Assembly: GCA_001002765.1 (NCBI GenBank)
Contig: LCMS01000007.1
Location: 8,170-72,169 of the forward strand
DNA length: 64,000 bases
Source of the DNA: Candidatus Uhrbacteria bacterium GW2011_GWE2_46_68
Lineage (GTDB): Bacteria > Patescibacteriota > Patescibacteriia > UBA9934 > GWF2-40-263
Reading direction: 5' to 3'
The position numbers were made by a program, and so were the translations under genes. Of the stretch, positions 10,715 through 20,974 are shown piece after piece (the stretch's first letter is position 1; each line of letters opens with the position of its first letter). The notes beneath the pieces were generated by a model. It saw only the letters and a program-made list of their open reading frames with translations. It searched no databases and was not told the origin of the DNA.

Positions 10715-11128
10715 ATGTCCCATACCTGTAAAGCCGCCTTGGTGCGTTGTATGGATTTTCGACTAGATCCGGAACTTACGGATTATGTACGTTCACAAAA
10801 TCTTCTGCACGACATTGATGTCATCTCGATTGCCGGAGCGGCAAAAAATATCGTGGATGATCCGCAAGGGTTTGTCATGACCCAAATCGGACTATCCGTG
10901 AAACTTCATGAAATCACCGAAGTGCATTTGATGCATCATTCCGATTGCGGAGCCTACGGTGGAAGCAAGATGTTTGCTTCTTTGGAAGAAGAAAAAGCCA
11001 TGCATATCGAGCAAATGCAAAAAGCAAAAGAGGTGATTTCCACCTCTTATCCCTCATTGATCGTTACAATGTTTTTTGCGGTGATCGGGGAAAATCAACA
11101 CATAAGTTTTGTGGAAAAAGTGGGCTAA
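10715..11128 (+). CDS. compact Cab-type beta-carbonic-anhydrase-like protein (paralog A)
   Basis: 137 aa; zinc-ligand motifs CMDFR (CxDxR) and HHSDCG (HxxCG) spaced ~60 residues; VISIAGAAKNIVDD and EVHLMHHSDCGAY align with M. thermoautotrophicum Cab (VIRNAGGRVTDD / VVLHHTDCGAQ); starts 10 nt after atpC. Confidence 0.7.
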   Translation: MSHTCKAALVRCMDFRLDPELTDYVRSQNLLHDIDVISIAGAAKNIVDDPQGFVMTQIGLSVKLHEITEVHLMHHSDCGAYGGSKMFASLEEEKAMHIEQMQKAKEVISTSYPSLIVTMFFAVIGENQHISFVEKVG

Positions 11129-12159
11129 GATTTGCCCGCCAATTGTCCGCAAGCCGCAGAAATCTCTTGACCATAAGAAGTACGCAAAGTGGTTATGATA
11201 TCTGATTCTTTGAGGAGACGCTGAAACGCGTCCCTTTGTTTTTTTGTACTGGAACGTAGATCACCCTCGGCTTTATTGTAAGGAATCAAGTTAACGCGAA
11301 TGCGATGGGAATCAATGGAATGAATAAAAGTGATAAGTTTTTTTGCATCTTCCGGACGATCATTGATGCCATCAAGAAGGATATATTCAAACGTAAGATG
11401 ATGGGTGCGGTTTCCTTGTTTTTCCAAATAGGCTTTTGTCCAATCGCGCAGATGATCAAAAAAATCATAAGGGGTGGACGGCATGATACGCGGACGCACC
11501 AAAGGGTCGGCACTATGAAGAGAAATGGCCATACGCACAGGCGGCCAAAGAGTATCTTCCAAAAGATGATCCAAGGAGGCAAAAATTCCTGCCGTGGAAA
11601 CCGTTATTTTTGTAGGACCCACATCCGTATACTCACACAAAATATTCAAGGCATCGCGAACATTCTCATAGTTTGCCATGGGTTCGCCCATGCCCATCAC
11701 GACAATATTGCTTATCCGCCCATGGATCTGTTCTTGTATTTTATACTGCTGCCAAAAACGATATTGATCCACGATTTCATCTTGACTCAACTGGCGTTTA
11801 AGCCCCATGGCACCGGTTGAACAAAATGCACAACGCATAGCGCAACCTACCTGGCTTGAAATACAAATGGTCCAGGCATCCCGCGCATTGCGCATAAGAA
11901 CAGATTCTATTTCAAGGCCATCGGTCAGTTGCAACAGAGATTTTATGGTTTCGTTGTCCTTTGTTTTTTCTATGGTTTTTACCTGCACTGATATCCAAGA
12001 AATGTCTTTTTCCACGGCTTCCCTCAAAAAAGAGGGGAAAGCACTCACTTCCTTCCATCCCTTTGCCTGTGAAAAAAGACCGGATAAGGCTTGTTTCCAT
12101 CGATAAGAAGGCTCGTTGGGGAAAAGTTTCTGGAATAATTGTTGTCGTGTGGGTATCAT
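11125..12159 (-). CDS. rlmN: 23S rRNA/tRNA adenine C2-methyltransferase (radical SAM)
   Basis: 344 aa; radical-SAM CAMRCAFC (CxxxCxxC); RlmN/Cfr family architecture. Confidence 0.9.
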   Translation of the reverse strand: MIPTRQQLFQKLFPNEPSYRWKQALSGLFSQAKGWKEVSAFPSFLREAVEKDISWISVQVKTIEKTKDNETIKSLLQLTDGLEIESVLMRNARDAWTICISSQVGCAMRCAFCSTGAMGLKRQLSQDEIVDQYRFWQQYKIQEQIHGRISNIVVMGMGEPMANYENVRDALNILCEYTDVGPTKITVSTAGIFASLDHLLEDTLWPPVRMAISLHSADPLVRPRIMPSTPYDFFDHLRDWTKAYLEKQGNRTHHLTFEYILLDGINDRPEDAKKLITFIHSIDSHRIRVNLIPYNKAEGDLRSSTKKQRDAFQRLLKESDIITTLRTSYGQEISAACGQLAGKS

Positions 12160-12301
12160 AGAATTACCATGATTCCATCATATGGAAGGACGCTTGGCAA
12201 TGAAACCCTTGCAAAAGGGAATTGTTGACAGGCATCTTTTTATTGCCTGTTGTCCTTACATCATGAAAGATCATAAGGATTATAGAACAAAAAATGTTTT
12301 T

Positions 12302-12754
12302 ATGCCTACTTATGTTTCGCAAAAAGGTTTGGATGATCTGAAAAAAGAATTTGAAAAACGCAAGGCTGCCCGCATGATTATTGCTGAAAAAATCGGGGAC
12401 GCAAAAGAATTAGGTGATCTGTCCGAAAATTTTGAATACCATGCGGCCAAAGAAGAACAGGGACTCAACGAGGCGCGTATGGCACAACTTGAGGAAATGA
12501 TCAAAGATTCAGTCATGATTTCCGAACAAAAAGGAGGCACCATCATTACGCTTGGCACATCTTTTAAGATTTCTTGCGATGGGGAAGAGAAGCGATTTGA
12601 AATGGTAGGATCAGCCGAAGCACATCCTTTTGAAGGAAAAATCAGCAATGAGTCTCCGCTTGGAGCCTCTTTTATGGGACACAAGGTAGGGGACACGGTC
12701 AACGTAGACATTCCATCTGGAACAAAGACCTATCAAATTTTAGAAATCACCTAA
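12302..12754 (+). CDS. greA: transcription elongation factor GreA
   Basis: 150 aa from ATG 12302; N-terminal coiled-coil with conserved acidic residues (GDLSENFEYHAAKEEQG) and C-terminal FKBP-like domain; aligns with E. coli GreA. Confidence 0.9.
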   Translation: MPTYVSQKGLDDLKKEFEKRKAARMIIAEKIGDAKELGDLSENFEYHAAKEEQGLNEARMAQLEEMIKDSVMISEQKGGTIITLGTSFKISCDGEEKRFEMVGSAEAHPFEGKISNESPLGASFMGHKVGDTVNVDIPSGTKTYQILEIT

Positions 12755-12780
12755 GCAGAAGAACTCATCACCTCATTTCT

Positions 12781-14265
12781 ATGATCCAAGAAGAACAACA
12801 ACGCCGCGAGCGTCTGGCACACTTGCGCGAGATCGGTCAAAATCCTTATCCCGCTCGTGTAAAACGCGACCTGTCCATACAGAAATTTTTGAAAGATTTT
12901 GAAGATCTTACAGCATCACAAAAAAAAGTCTCTCTTGTCGGACGCCTACGCTCTTTGCGTAAACACGGTGGACTTACTTTTTTGACGCTTGATGATGGTT
13001 CTGGAGCTGTGCAAATTGTCTGCACCAAGGATGCGCTTAGCGAAGATGTGTATGCAACATTTGGAAAAACTGTAGATGTCGCGGATTTTCTTGAAGTCAC
13101 CGGTCATCCGTTTCTCACACAAAAAGGAGAACGTTCTTTGAAGATCACTCATTATCAAATCATTACAAAAACATTACTTCCGCTTCCGGAGAAATGGCAT
13201 GGACTTTGCGATGTAGAAACTCGTTACCGTCAGCGGTATTTGGATTTGATCATGAACACGGAAGTAAAACAAAAAATGATGCAACGTTCATTGATCATCA
13301 CCGCCATCAGAACCGTTATGCAGACAAAAGGTTTTATAGAAGTGGAAACACCAACACTGCAACCTATCTATGGTGGAGGGTTTGCTCGTCCGTTTAAAAC
13401 CCATCATCACACATTGGATGCGGATTTTTATTTGAGAATTTCAGATGAAATGTATTTAAAACGTTTGCTCGTGGGTGGATTTGAAAAAGTGTACGAGATT
13501 ACAAAAGTTTTTCGAAACGAAGGAATGGATCGTGATCACAATCCTGAATTCACCATGTTCGAAGCCCAAGTGGCCTACGAAGATTATCGCTATGGCATGG
13601 ATTTATTTGAAGAGATTTTTGAGACATCGGCAAAAACCGTTTTGGGAACAACACAGATCGTCCATGAGGATATGGTGATTGATGTGAAGCGTCCTTGGCC
13701 GCGACTCACTCTTGTTGAATCCGTACAGTCTATCGGTGGAGTAGACGTTTCGCATTGGCAAAATGCAGATGAAGCAAAAAAAGAATTGGCAAAAAAATTA
13801 CCGACAAACAAAGGGACCGAACTTGAAAGAATGCACACGATCGGTGAAATCATCGCCTTTGCTTTTGAAGAACTGGTGGAAGAAAAACTCCTACAGCCCA
13901 CCATCATTTATGATTATCCCGTGGAAGTTTCTCCTTTGGCGAAAAAAGGTGTTGATCCGCGTTTTTCCGAACGCTTTGAAGCGTTTGCTCTTGGAAGTGA
14001 GATCGGGAATAATTATTCCGAACTCAATGATCCGCTCGATCTCACACAACGTTTTATCGAAGAAAAGAAAAAAGCTGAAGCCGGTTTTGAAGAAGCTCAT
14101 CAAACTGATCTTGATTATTTGGAAGCGATTAAACATGGTATGCCTCCGGCCTGCGGTCTTGGAATAGGAATTGATCGCATGGTCATGCTTCTTACCGGTT
14201 CATCCAATATCAAAGAAGTTATTTTGTTTCCCACCTTGCGTCCTCTTGATACGGATGCCTCCTAA
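12781..14265 (+). CDS. lysS: lysine--tRNA ligase (class II)
   Basis: 494 aa; N-terminal OB anticodon-binding domain; class II motifs (FRNEG, GLGIGIDR). Confidence 0.95.
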   Translation: MIQEEQQRRERLAHLREIGQNPYPARVKRDLSIQKFLKDFEDLTASQKKVSLVGRLRSLRKHGGLTFLTLDDGSGAVQIVCTKDALSEDVYATFGKTVDVADFLEVTGHPFLTQKGERSLKITHYQIITKTLLPLPEKWHGLCDVETRYRQRYLDLIMNTEVKQKMMQRSLIITAIRTVMQTKGFIEVETPTLQPIYGGGFARPFKTHHHTLDADFYLRISDEMYLKRLLVGGFEKVYEITKVFRNEGMDRDHNPEFTMFEAQVAYEDYRYGMDLFEEIFETSAKTVLGTTQIVHEDMVIDVKRPWPRLTLVESVQSIGGVDVSHWQNADEAKKELAKKLPTNKGTELERMHTIGEIIAFAFEELVEEKLLQPTIIYDYPVEVSPLAKKGVDPRFSERFEAFALGSEIGNNYSELNDPLDLTQRFIEEKKKAEAGFEEAHQTDLDYLEAIKHGMPPACGLGIGIDRMVMLLTGSSNIKEVILFPTLRPLDTDAS

Positions 14266-14268
14266 CAC

Positions 14269-15423
14269 ATGTCCCGCCATCGAACCTGGATCGAAATCAA
14301 CGAGCGTGCATTGCAACAAAACATCAACACGCTCCAAGGACTTCTCTCCGGAGGGGCGCGTTTTTGTGCAATCGTCAAAGCAAACGCTTATGGACACGGA
14401 TTGAAAGAAGTCACACATATTGCCGCAAGACAGGGGGTGGACGCGTTTGGAGTGGACACCATTGAGGATGCTCTTTTAATTCGTTCCTGGCTCCCCAGCG
14501 CCCTTGTGCTTACCTTGGGGTATGTATTGCCCGAGCAATATGAAGAAGCCGTCCATGAGCGCATTCATCTCACCATGTATGATTTGGATGCCCTGCGACT
14601 CCTTGAGGAGGAAGCAAAAAAACAAGCGGGAACAGCCTTTGTTCACTTGAAGATTGAAACCGGCACCCAACGTCAAGGTTTGTCTGAATTTGATCTTAAA
14701 CGATACTTGCAATCACTTTCTACGTTCCCGCATATTCAAATTGCAGGGGTGTCCACTCATTTTGCCAATATCGAGGATACCTCTGACACGAGTTTTGCCA
14801 CCTTGCAATTTCACCGATTCCAAAAAACTGTGGAGCAAATACAAACCGCTGGGATTCAACCAGAACATATCCATTGCGCATGCAGTGCGGCTATCATTTT
14901 ATATCCTTCCACCCACGGTTCTTTAGTGCGAGCGGGAATTTCTCTCTATGGTGTTTGGCCGTCTGAAATCACGGAGACAACGACACGGCGCCACGGAATC
15001 GCCTGTGACCTACGACCCGTCTTGTCGTGGAAAACGCGCATTGCTCAAGTACGATCCATTCCTGCCGGAACACCCATTTCGTATGGGATGACCGAGACTG
15101 TGTCAAAACCCACCCGTATTGCTGTGATTCCTGTGGGCTATTGGGATGGATATGATCGATCCCTTTCCTCTGTTGGAGAAGTATTGATCGCAGGAAATCG
15201 TTGTAAAGTTCTTGGGCGCATTTGTATGAACATGATGATGGTGGATGCATCGAGCGTCCCTCACATAGAGCCGGGACAAGAAGTGATTTTGATCGGGCGA
15301 TCCGGAAGACACGAAATCTCCGCATCGGTTCTTGCCAAACAAGCGAAGACTGTGCCCTATGAAGTTTTAGCGCGTCTCAATCCTTTATTGCCTCGGCAGG
15401 TCATTTCAGAAACCATCGTATGA
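14269..15423 (+). CDS. alr: alanine racemase
   Basis: 384 aa; PLP-lysine motif AIVKANAYGHG; alanine-racemase fold signature. Confidence 0.92.
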   Translation: MSRHRTWIEINERALQQNINTLQGLLSGGARFCAIVKANAYGHGLKEVTHIAARQGVDAFGVDTIEDALLIRSWLPSALVLTLGYVLPEQYEEAVHERIHLTMYDLDALRLLEEEAKKQAGTAFVHLKIETGTQRQGLSEFDLKRYLQSLSTFPHIQIAGVSTHFANIEDTSDTSFATLQFHRFQKTVEQIQTAGIQPEHIHCACSAAIILYPSTHGSLVRAGISLYGVWPSEITETTTRRHGIACDLRPVLSWKTRIAQVRSIPAGTPISYGMTETVSKPTRIAVIPVGYWDGYDRSLSSVGEVLIAGNRCKVLGRICMNMMMVDASSVPHIEPGQEVILIGRSGRHEISASVLAKQAKTVPYEVLARLNPLLPRQVISETIV

Positions 15424-16319
15424 CACGCCGACCGCGTCCTATTCTCCGCTTTCAAAAAACGCAATATGCGCGTCGACGATTTCAAAATCCTTATTTTCGT
15501 CATACTCCTCCTTGTTTTTGGAAAAAAATACTTCCTTGGTTGGTACTTATTTTTCTTTTCTTTTCTTTTTTGCTCTGGGTGGTTTTTGGCTCGCCCATTT
15601 TCCGCATCACTCAAGTCACCCTACAAGGAGCAAGCCCTTCTTCTTCCGGTGAACTGCAAATCCAAGTGGATTCTTTTCTTTCCACACGTCGTTTTCTTTT
15701 TTTTCACAATCACAATCATTGGTTATTCGATGAGGAATCATGTCGATCTTATCTTGAACAATTTTATGCGTTTGAAACGCTGATATTTGAATTCATTGAT
15801 CTTCATCAATTGTTTATCACCGTGCAAGAAAAAACTTCTTCCTTCCTCTGGGAAACCGACAATCATACCTTTGTCGTTGATCTACAAGGAACCGTGGTGC
15901 GTGAAATAACCCCCACAGAACAACAATGGCTCACCTCTGCTGCGCCTCCTGCGGAAAACGACCCCCTCCCCGAAGAACAACAGTCTTTTTTAAAACTTCC
16001 TCGTTTTCGTGATCTTAACAATGCTCCCATTGCTCCGGGTCTTGTTGTGGCTTCCCGGGAAGAAATCACTTCCATTTTTTCTTTTCAGCAAACGCTCACA
16101 ACACTCTCTATCCCTTTTTTGGAAACACAAATCGATCGACTTTCAGGAAAATGGATTGGGATCCTGACAAGTGACGGATATCTGGTGTTATTTGATGCGG
16201 CGGGAGATGTACAAGCACAAGCGATGCGACTGCAAAGTGTATTGAAAGAATCCATCCCCGATCCTTCTGTCTTAGATTATATCGACTTACGCTTTGGAGA
16301 CCATGTATACTTTAAGTGA
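15420..16319 (+). CDS. FtsQ/DivIB-like POTRA-domain membrane protein (putative)
   Basis: Basic cytoplasmic N-terminus, one TM helix, then a POTRA-like pattern (FRITQVTLQG..., FVVDLQGTVV); directly downstream of alr with ATGA overlap. Confidence 0.5.
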   Translation: MTRRPRPILRFQKTQYARRRFQNPYFRHTPPCFWKKILPWLVLIFLFFSFLLWVVFGSPIFRITQVTLQGASPSSSGELQIQVDSFLSTRRFLFFHNHNHWLFDEESCRSYLEQFYAFETLIFEFIDLHQLFITVQEKTSSFLWETDNHTFVVDLQGTVVREITPTEQQWLTSAAPPAENDPLPEEQQSFLKLPRFRDLNNAPIAPGLVVASREEITSIFSFQQTLTTLSIPFLETQIDRLSGKWIGILTSDGYLVLFDAAGDVQAQAMRLQSVLKESIPDPSVLDYIDLRFGDHVYFK

Positions 16320-16354
16320 TAGAATCCGTCTGCCACCACTCACAATAATTTCAA

Positions 16355-17644
16355 ATGATTCCTATGAAAACCATTTTTTCTTACGACAAACGATATCTTT
16401 GGACAAAAGGGGAGAGGAGTCTTTCCAAAATCGCTTTCCGCCAACTTCTACAGACAAAAACAAAAGGGGCTGTGGAAACCGTGAGAAAAAATCTCATGAC
16501 CCATGAAACGTCGGTTGTTTCTTTACCGTTTGCTTCTACAGAAGAAATACAATCGTGGGCTTTTCATATCCAGAAAACCTATACTCACCTTTTAGTGATT
16601 GCCACGGGTGGATCGAGTTTGGGTGCACAGGCAATAATACATGCCATTGCAGGGAGCACTTCAAAAACCAAGGTGCTTTTTCTTTCCAATCCTGATCCGG
16701 ATGAATACAGACGTATCACAAAAGGATTACCTTGGGTAACCACCGGTGTTTTGGTTATTTCAAAGTCTGGAAAGACGCTTGAGGTACTTTCTCTTTTTCT
16801 TCTTGTGCGCGAGCAACTCCAAAAAAAATTGGGAAAGCAACACACTTCTCATCTTTTTATTTTAACCCAATTTGATGAAAATCCTCTTTACCTTTTTGCA
16901 AAAGAACAAGGGTATACTCTTTTGCCTCATGTTGATATCGGTGGACGATTTTCCGTTCTTTCTTCTGTGGGTCTTCTTCCGGCAGCGGTATCGGGAGTTC
17001 CCATTGCCGATCTTTTAAAGGGAGCAGCCGATCTTTTAGGAGAGTATCAAAAGCAAGGATTCTCACATGCGGTGAGTCATTTTGTCACGGCCCAATACCT
17101 TGCCTACACGCTTGGAAAAACAGAACAGATCCTCATGCCTTATACGGAACGTTTGACACTCTTTACCAAATGGTACCGACAATTGTGGGCAGAATCTCTT
17201 GGGAAAGAACGGCGGGGAAGGGGAGTGGGTCCTACCCCCATTGATGCCTTGGGGACTGTGGATCAACATTCACAAATCCAGCTTTACAATCAAGGATTGA
17301 AAAACAAAATTTTAACATTTATAGAACTGACAAATTTTGATGAAGAGTCTCCTGTTCTTCGGAAGATTGCTGGGCTCCCTGACGCATTTAAAGAGGCTGC
17401 AAGCCCCCTTTCACTGATCGTGCGAGCTTCCTGTCGTGGAACGGCCTGCGCATCTGCTACACACGAAAGTCCGGGAGGAATTCTTTCCGTTCCAAAACTT
17501 GATGCTTATCATCTTGGAGCATTATTCCTATTTTTTGAACTGGCCGTTATTTTGTATGCGGAGCTTCTTCAGGTGAACCCCTATGACCAGCCGGGTGTAG
17601 AAGAAGGAAAAAGACAAATCAAAAAATTATTATCTTCCTTATGA
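16355..17644 (+). CDS. pgi: glucose-6-phosphate isomerase
   Basis: 429 aa; SIS-domain motifs LVIATGGSSLGAQA and VISKSGKTLE; DQHSQIQLYNQG. Confidence 0.9.
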   Translation: MIPMKTIFSYDKRYLWTKGERSLSKIAFRQLLQTKTKGAVETVRKNLMTHETSVVSLPFASTEEIQSWAFHIQKTYTHLLVIATGGSSLGAQAIIHAIAGSTSKTKVLFLSNPDPDEYRRITKGLPWVTTGVLVISKSGKTLEVLSLFLLVREQLQKKLGKQHTSHLFILTQFDENPLYLFAKEQGYTLLPHVDIGGRFSVLSSVGLLPAAVSGVPIADLLKGAADLLGEYQKQGFSHAVSHFVTAQYLAYTLGKTEQILMPYTERLTLFTKWYRQLWAESLGKERRGRGVGPTPIDALGTVDQHSQIQLYNQGLKNKILTFIELTNFDEESPVLRKIAGLPDAFKEAASPLSLIVRASCRGTACASATHESPGGILSVPKLDAYHLGALFLFFELAVILYAELLQVNPYDQPGVEEGKRQIKKLLSSL

Positions 17645-18030
17645 ATGAAGATATAACCCCACCTTCTCCCTTTTATGGTGTCGTAAAATAGGATTATTTT
17701 TTTAAGTACCTTACAGGGAAGGGGATTTTCATTTTTCGTTTGAATGATGGTCTTTTTTAAAAATCTTATAAAAAATGTATAGAAGAACTAGATGGGGTTA
17801 AATCCCATAAAAAAATACGGATGATCTAAAGATCTTAAAAAAGTATTCGACACCTGTTTTTATTTAAAAAAGATAAGGTATCGCTCTTTCTTGGTCGTTT
17901 AGGGGGGAGGAACCCTCCTTACAGGGACAAGAAGGACAGGAAGATGCGTTGTGAAAGGTACGATCCTATAGGTCTTTTCTTTCCCTAGTGTCGTCTAAGT
18001 CTTATTGTGCGACACTACAGAGATAAAAAG

Positions 18031-18062
18031 AAAATGTCCTTATTTGGGACATTTTTTATTTC
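18031..18062. terminator. bidirectional Rho-independent terminator
   Basis: aaaatgtcc-ttatttg-ggacatttt hairpin flanked by T-runs on both strands, in the convergent gap between pgi (+) and the minus-strand genes. Confidence 0.6.
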
Positions 18063-18088
18063 TCACCTTAGTCTTTTTTCCTCCCCCC

Positions 18089-18301
18089 CTACCCTAAAAC
18101 AGCCGGAAGAATATCCGTCATGTAGATGAGTAAAAGCAAGATTGCTCCTATAAGGAAAAAAGCGATACCCAACATTGTTAACGCTTTAATAATTGCATCG
18201 TCTTCCATAATTCCTCGAAGCATATGGATACTCAATCCCAAAAAAACGATAAGCGGTGTAAGGAAAAGAAACCAGCTAATAATTTTTACAGCAAGAATCA
18301 T
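18089..18301 (-). CDS. small membrane protein (2 TM), hypothetical
   Basis: 70 aa; two strongly hydrophobic helices; abuts the end of the M23 peptidase gene. Confidence 0.4.
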   Translation of the reverse strand: MILAVKIISWFLFLTPLIVFLGLSIHMLRGIMEDDAIIKALTMLGIAFFLIGAILLLLIYMTDILPAVLG

Positions 18302-18302
18302 A

Positions 18303-19574
18303 TTAATAAGAAAGTAGATACGTCATGGGATCCACAGGAATACCGTTTAAACGCACTTCAAAGTGCAAATGAGGTCCGGTTGATAATCCCGCCCCTTGCG
18401 TACCAGGCATGCCACCCGTATAACCGATGATATCCCCTCTTGAAACAAATTGATCTGCTGTGACCTCAATCCCAGACATGTGGGCGTACAAAGTTGCAAT
18501 ACCATTGGCATGGATGATCATCACGTAATTACCATACATGTTTCCAAGACGTGTCCAAGCAACGTATCCAGGAGCTGCTGCTTTAAGCGGTGTCCCCTGC
18601 CCTGCTGGAATATCGATCCCGGAATGCTCGAATAAATGGCGGAACGGATACGTAGGGTCGTGAAATGTCGCAGAAAGTCCACGCACCGGATCCACCGGCC
18701 AAGAAAGGACCGTATTATCCCCATACTCATCATTTTGTGTGATTCTTGACTCCATTTCCTTTTGAAGCAAGGAAACCTCGTAGTTCAAGTATTGTTGTTC
18801 CTGCTGCACTTCTTTTAACAATTCTTGAAATTGGGTTTCTGATCTTGCGGTTGCAAGCAACAAACTGTCCTTGGCATAACTTTCTTTTTCCAGGGCGACA
18901 AATTGTTGTACCAAATCTTCTCCCAATTGATCCAACTGTTCCCGTTTCGTCTGTTGAATTGTTTTTGCGCTGACCACTTGATTTTTTGATGTTTGTGTCG
19001 CCTCCAGGGAATCTTTCAAATCGCGATTCATATCCTCCAAATAACGGAGGTGATCAAAAATGTCAGAAAAAGATTGACTGCCAAAATAGACTTCCAAAGA
19101 CAATTTATTATCTTGAACTTGCATGGATTGCAACACTTCTTTAAGGACCATTTTTTGATCTTCCCACTGCTGTTCCAAAACAGTTAACTGTTTTTCCAAT
19201 AAAACGATTTGTGTGTTGACAAGATCAATTTCTTCGTTGGTTGCTTCAATATCAAGCTTGGCCTTTGCCATTCGATTTTCCAAAAGCTCCATTTCATTTT
19301 GAATGGAAACTTTTTCCGATTCTTTTTGCCGAATCTTTTGACTGTAAGCTTCAATCTTTTGATTAAGATAATCGATGTCTTCTTGTTTGGTTTTGATATC
19401 TTGATTGAGATCATTGATTTCTGCGCTGACATCCTCTTGTGCCCACAGGGGCGAAACATAAAAACCTCCGACCATACAGATACAGAAAATCAAAACCGCG
19501 CCTACGAAGAAGCCGCGACCTTTTGCAGAGCGCATTGAAGACGTTGAAGACTTTCCTCCTTTCCACATACCCAT
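18303..19574 (-). CDS. M23-family metallopeptidase with N-terminal coiled-coil (EnvC-like)
   Basis: Signal/TM N-terminus, ~250 aa coiled-coil, C-terminal LytM/M23 motifs (YAHMSGIEV, TGPHLHFEVR). Confidence 0.85.
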   Translation of the reverse strand: MGMWKGGKSSTSSMRSAKGRGFFVGAVLIFCICMVGGFYVSPLWAQEDVSAEINDLNQDIKTKQEDIDYLNQKIEAYSQKIRQKESEKVSIQNEMELLENRMAKAKLDIEATNEEIDLVNTQIVLLEKQLTVLEQQWEDQKMVLKEVLQSMQVQDNKLSLEVYFGSQSFSDIFDHLRYLEDMNRDLKDSLEATQTSKNQVVSAKTIQQTKREQLDQLGEDLVQQFVALEKESYAKDSLLLATARSETQFQELLKEVQQEQQYLNYEVSLLQKEMESRITQNDEYGDNTVLSWPVDPVRGLSATFHDPTYPFRHLFEHSGIDIPAGQGTPLKAAAPGYVAWTRLGNMYGNYVMIIHANGIATLYAHMSGIEVTADQFVSRGDIIGYTGGMPGTQGAGLSTGPHLHFEVRLNGIPVDPMTYLLSY

Positions 19575-20974
19575 AAAAGTTCAAAGGGACTTGAAGAATG
19601 CTGAGCGCCTGAAAGCGCTACGCGCAATGGCCAAAGCACATTCCCACTGGGAATTTCATTACTCTCAATATACTGCCAAATGGCCTTCTCGATCAATGGA
19701 AGATCTTCCCATGTTGCTTCGGGAAAATCGGTACACATCCGCAACAAAGCTTCCATGTGTTTTTTTGCATCAAGAACATCGGACTTTTTCCACACCAAAA
19801 GTGCCACATCATACTCTGGAATGATGAGATATTCCTGAATCTTGGATGGAATTTCATCAAAACGAACAAGACGCTCTTTTTCCACGTGATAGATACGTTG
19901 TAATTTTTCTTGAGAAACACCAAAATCGGACAGAGTGAATTTTTGGCAGTACTCAAGGTAAGTCTCCTCTGGCAATTGACGAATATACATTCCGTTCATC
20001 CAATCTAATTTTTCTCGATTAAAAATTGCTCCGCTTTTGTTGATTTTTTCCAAGGCAAATTCTTCGGTGAGCTCGGACACGGAATAAATCTCTTGATTCC
20101 CTTTTGGATTAAATCCCAGAAGGGCGATAAAATTCAACAAAGCTTCAGGCAAATACCCTTTTGCCAAATAATCTTCCACAGCCACATCTCCTTGACGTTT
20201 AGAAAGTTTGGAACGGTCTTCATTCAAAATAAGAGGCACGTGGGCAAAAACCGGAAGCTCCCAACCAAACGCACGGTACAGCAAAACATGTTTTGGCACA
20301 GAAGAAATCCACTCTTCTCCACGAATGATATGCGTGATCCCCATATAGTGATCATCCACAACAACCGCGAGATGGTATGTGGGGAATCCGTCAGATTTAA
20401 GAAGTACTTGATCATCCACCTCTTGATTGGCAATGGTGATTCTTCCGCGAATCACATCTTCAAAAGAGGTCTCCCCTTCCGGCACCAACAATCGAATAAC
20501 ATACGATTCCCCCTGTTCCAATCGTTTTGTTATTTCTTCTTTTGACAACGAAAGGCAATGACGATCATATTTGGTCGGCATCTTGGCGATTTCTTGTTGA
20601 TATCGCAATTGCGCCAAACGATCTGATGAGCAAAAGCAATAATAGGCTTTCCCTGATTCTACGAGTTCTTTTGCGTGCTTTTGATAAATGGCTAAGCGTT
20701 GCGATTGAATATAAGGGCCATGATCCCCTCTTTGCTCCAATGTGCCATTGACGGAAAACGGACCCTCTTCATAGATGATTCCCGTTATGGCTAAGGTGCG
20801 CAAAAGACTTTCTATGGCGCCCTCCACATAACGTTGCTGGTCCGTGTCCTCAATGCGTAATACCATTTTCCCCCCTTGTTTTCGCGCAAAAAGATAATTA
20901 TAAAAAGCTGTCCGAAGACCGCCGATATGAAGAAATCCTGTGGGTGACGGAGCAAAACGTGTTTTCACATTCAT
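19502..20974 (-). CDS. gltX: glutamate--tRNA ligase
   Basis: Start at MNVKTRFAPSPTGFLHIGG (HIGH motif) with ATGA overlap onto the upstream gene stop; KLSKR (KMSKS) motif. Confidence 0.93.
   Translation of the reverse strand: MNVKTRFAPSPTGFLHIGGLRTAFYNYLFARKQGGKMVLRIEDTDQQRYVEGAIESLLRTLAITGIIYEEGPFSVNGTLEQRGDHGPYIQSQRLAIYQKHAKELVESGKAYYCFCSSDRLAQLRYQQEIAKMPTKYDRHCLSLSKEEITKRLEQGESYVIRLLVPEGETSFEDVIRGRITIANQEVDDQVLLKSDGFPTYHLAVVVDDHYMGITHIIRGEEWISSVPKHVLLYRAFGWELPVFAHVPLILNEDRSKLSKRQGDVAVEDYLAKGYLPEALLNFIALLGFNPKGNQEIYSVSELTEEFALEKINKSGAIFNREKLDWMNGMYIRQLPEETYLEYCQKFTLSDFGVSQEKLQRIYHVEKERLVRFDEIPSKIQEYLIIPEYDVALLVWKKSDVLDAKKHMEALLRMCTDFPEATWEDLPLIEKAIWQYIESNEIPSGNVLWPLRVALSGAQHSSSPFELLWVCGKEESLQRLQCALQKVAASS

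Noticed and set aside
10945-11205. 86-aa plus-strand ORF mirrored by a near-identical ORF at 25062-25295
   Set aside because: Both are alternative-frame readings of the duplicated beta-CA-like gene region. They reflect the DNA repeat, not separate genes.
15540-15580. T-rich tract ttttcttttcttttctttttt that looks like a simple repeat
   Set aside because: It encodes the hydrophobic TM segment (LIFLFFSFLL) of the FtsQ-like protein. It is not a repeat element.
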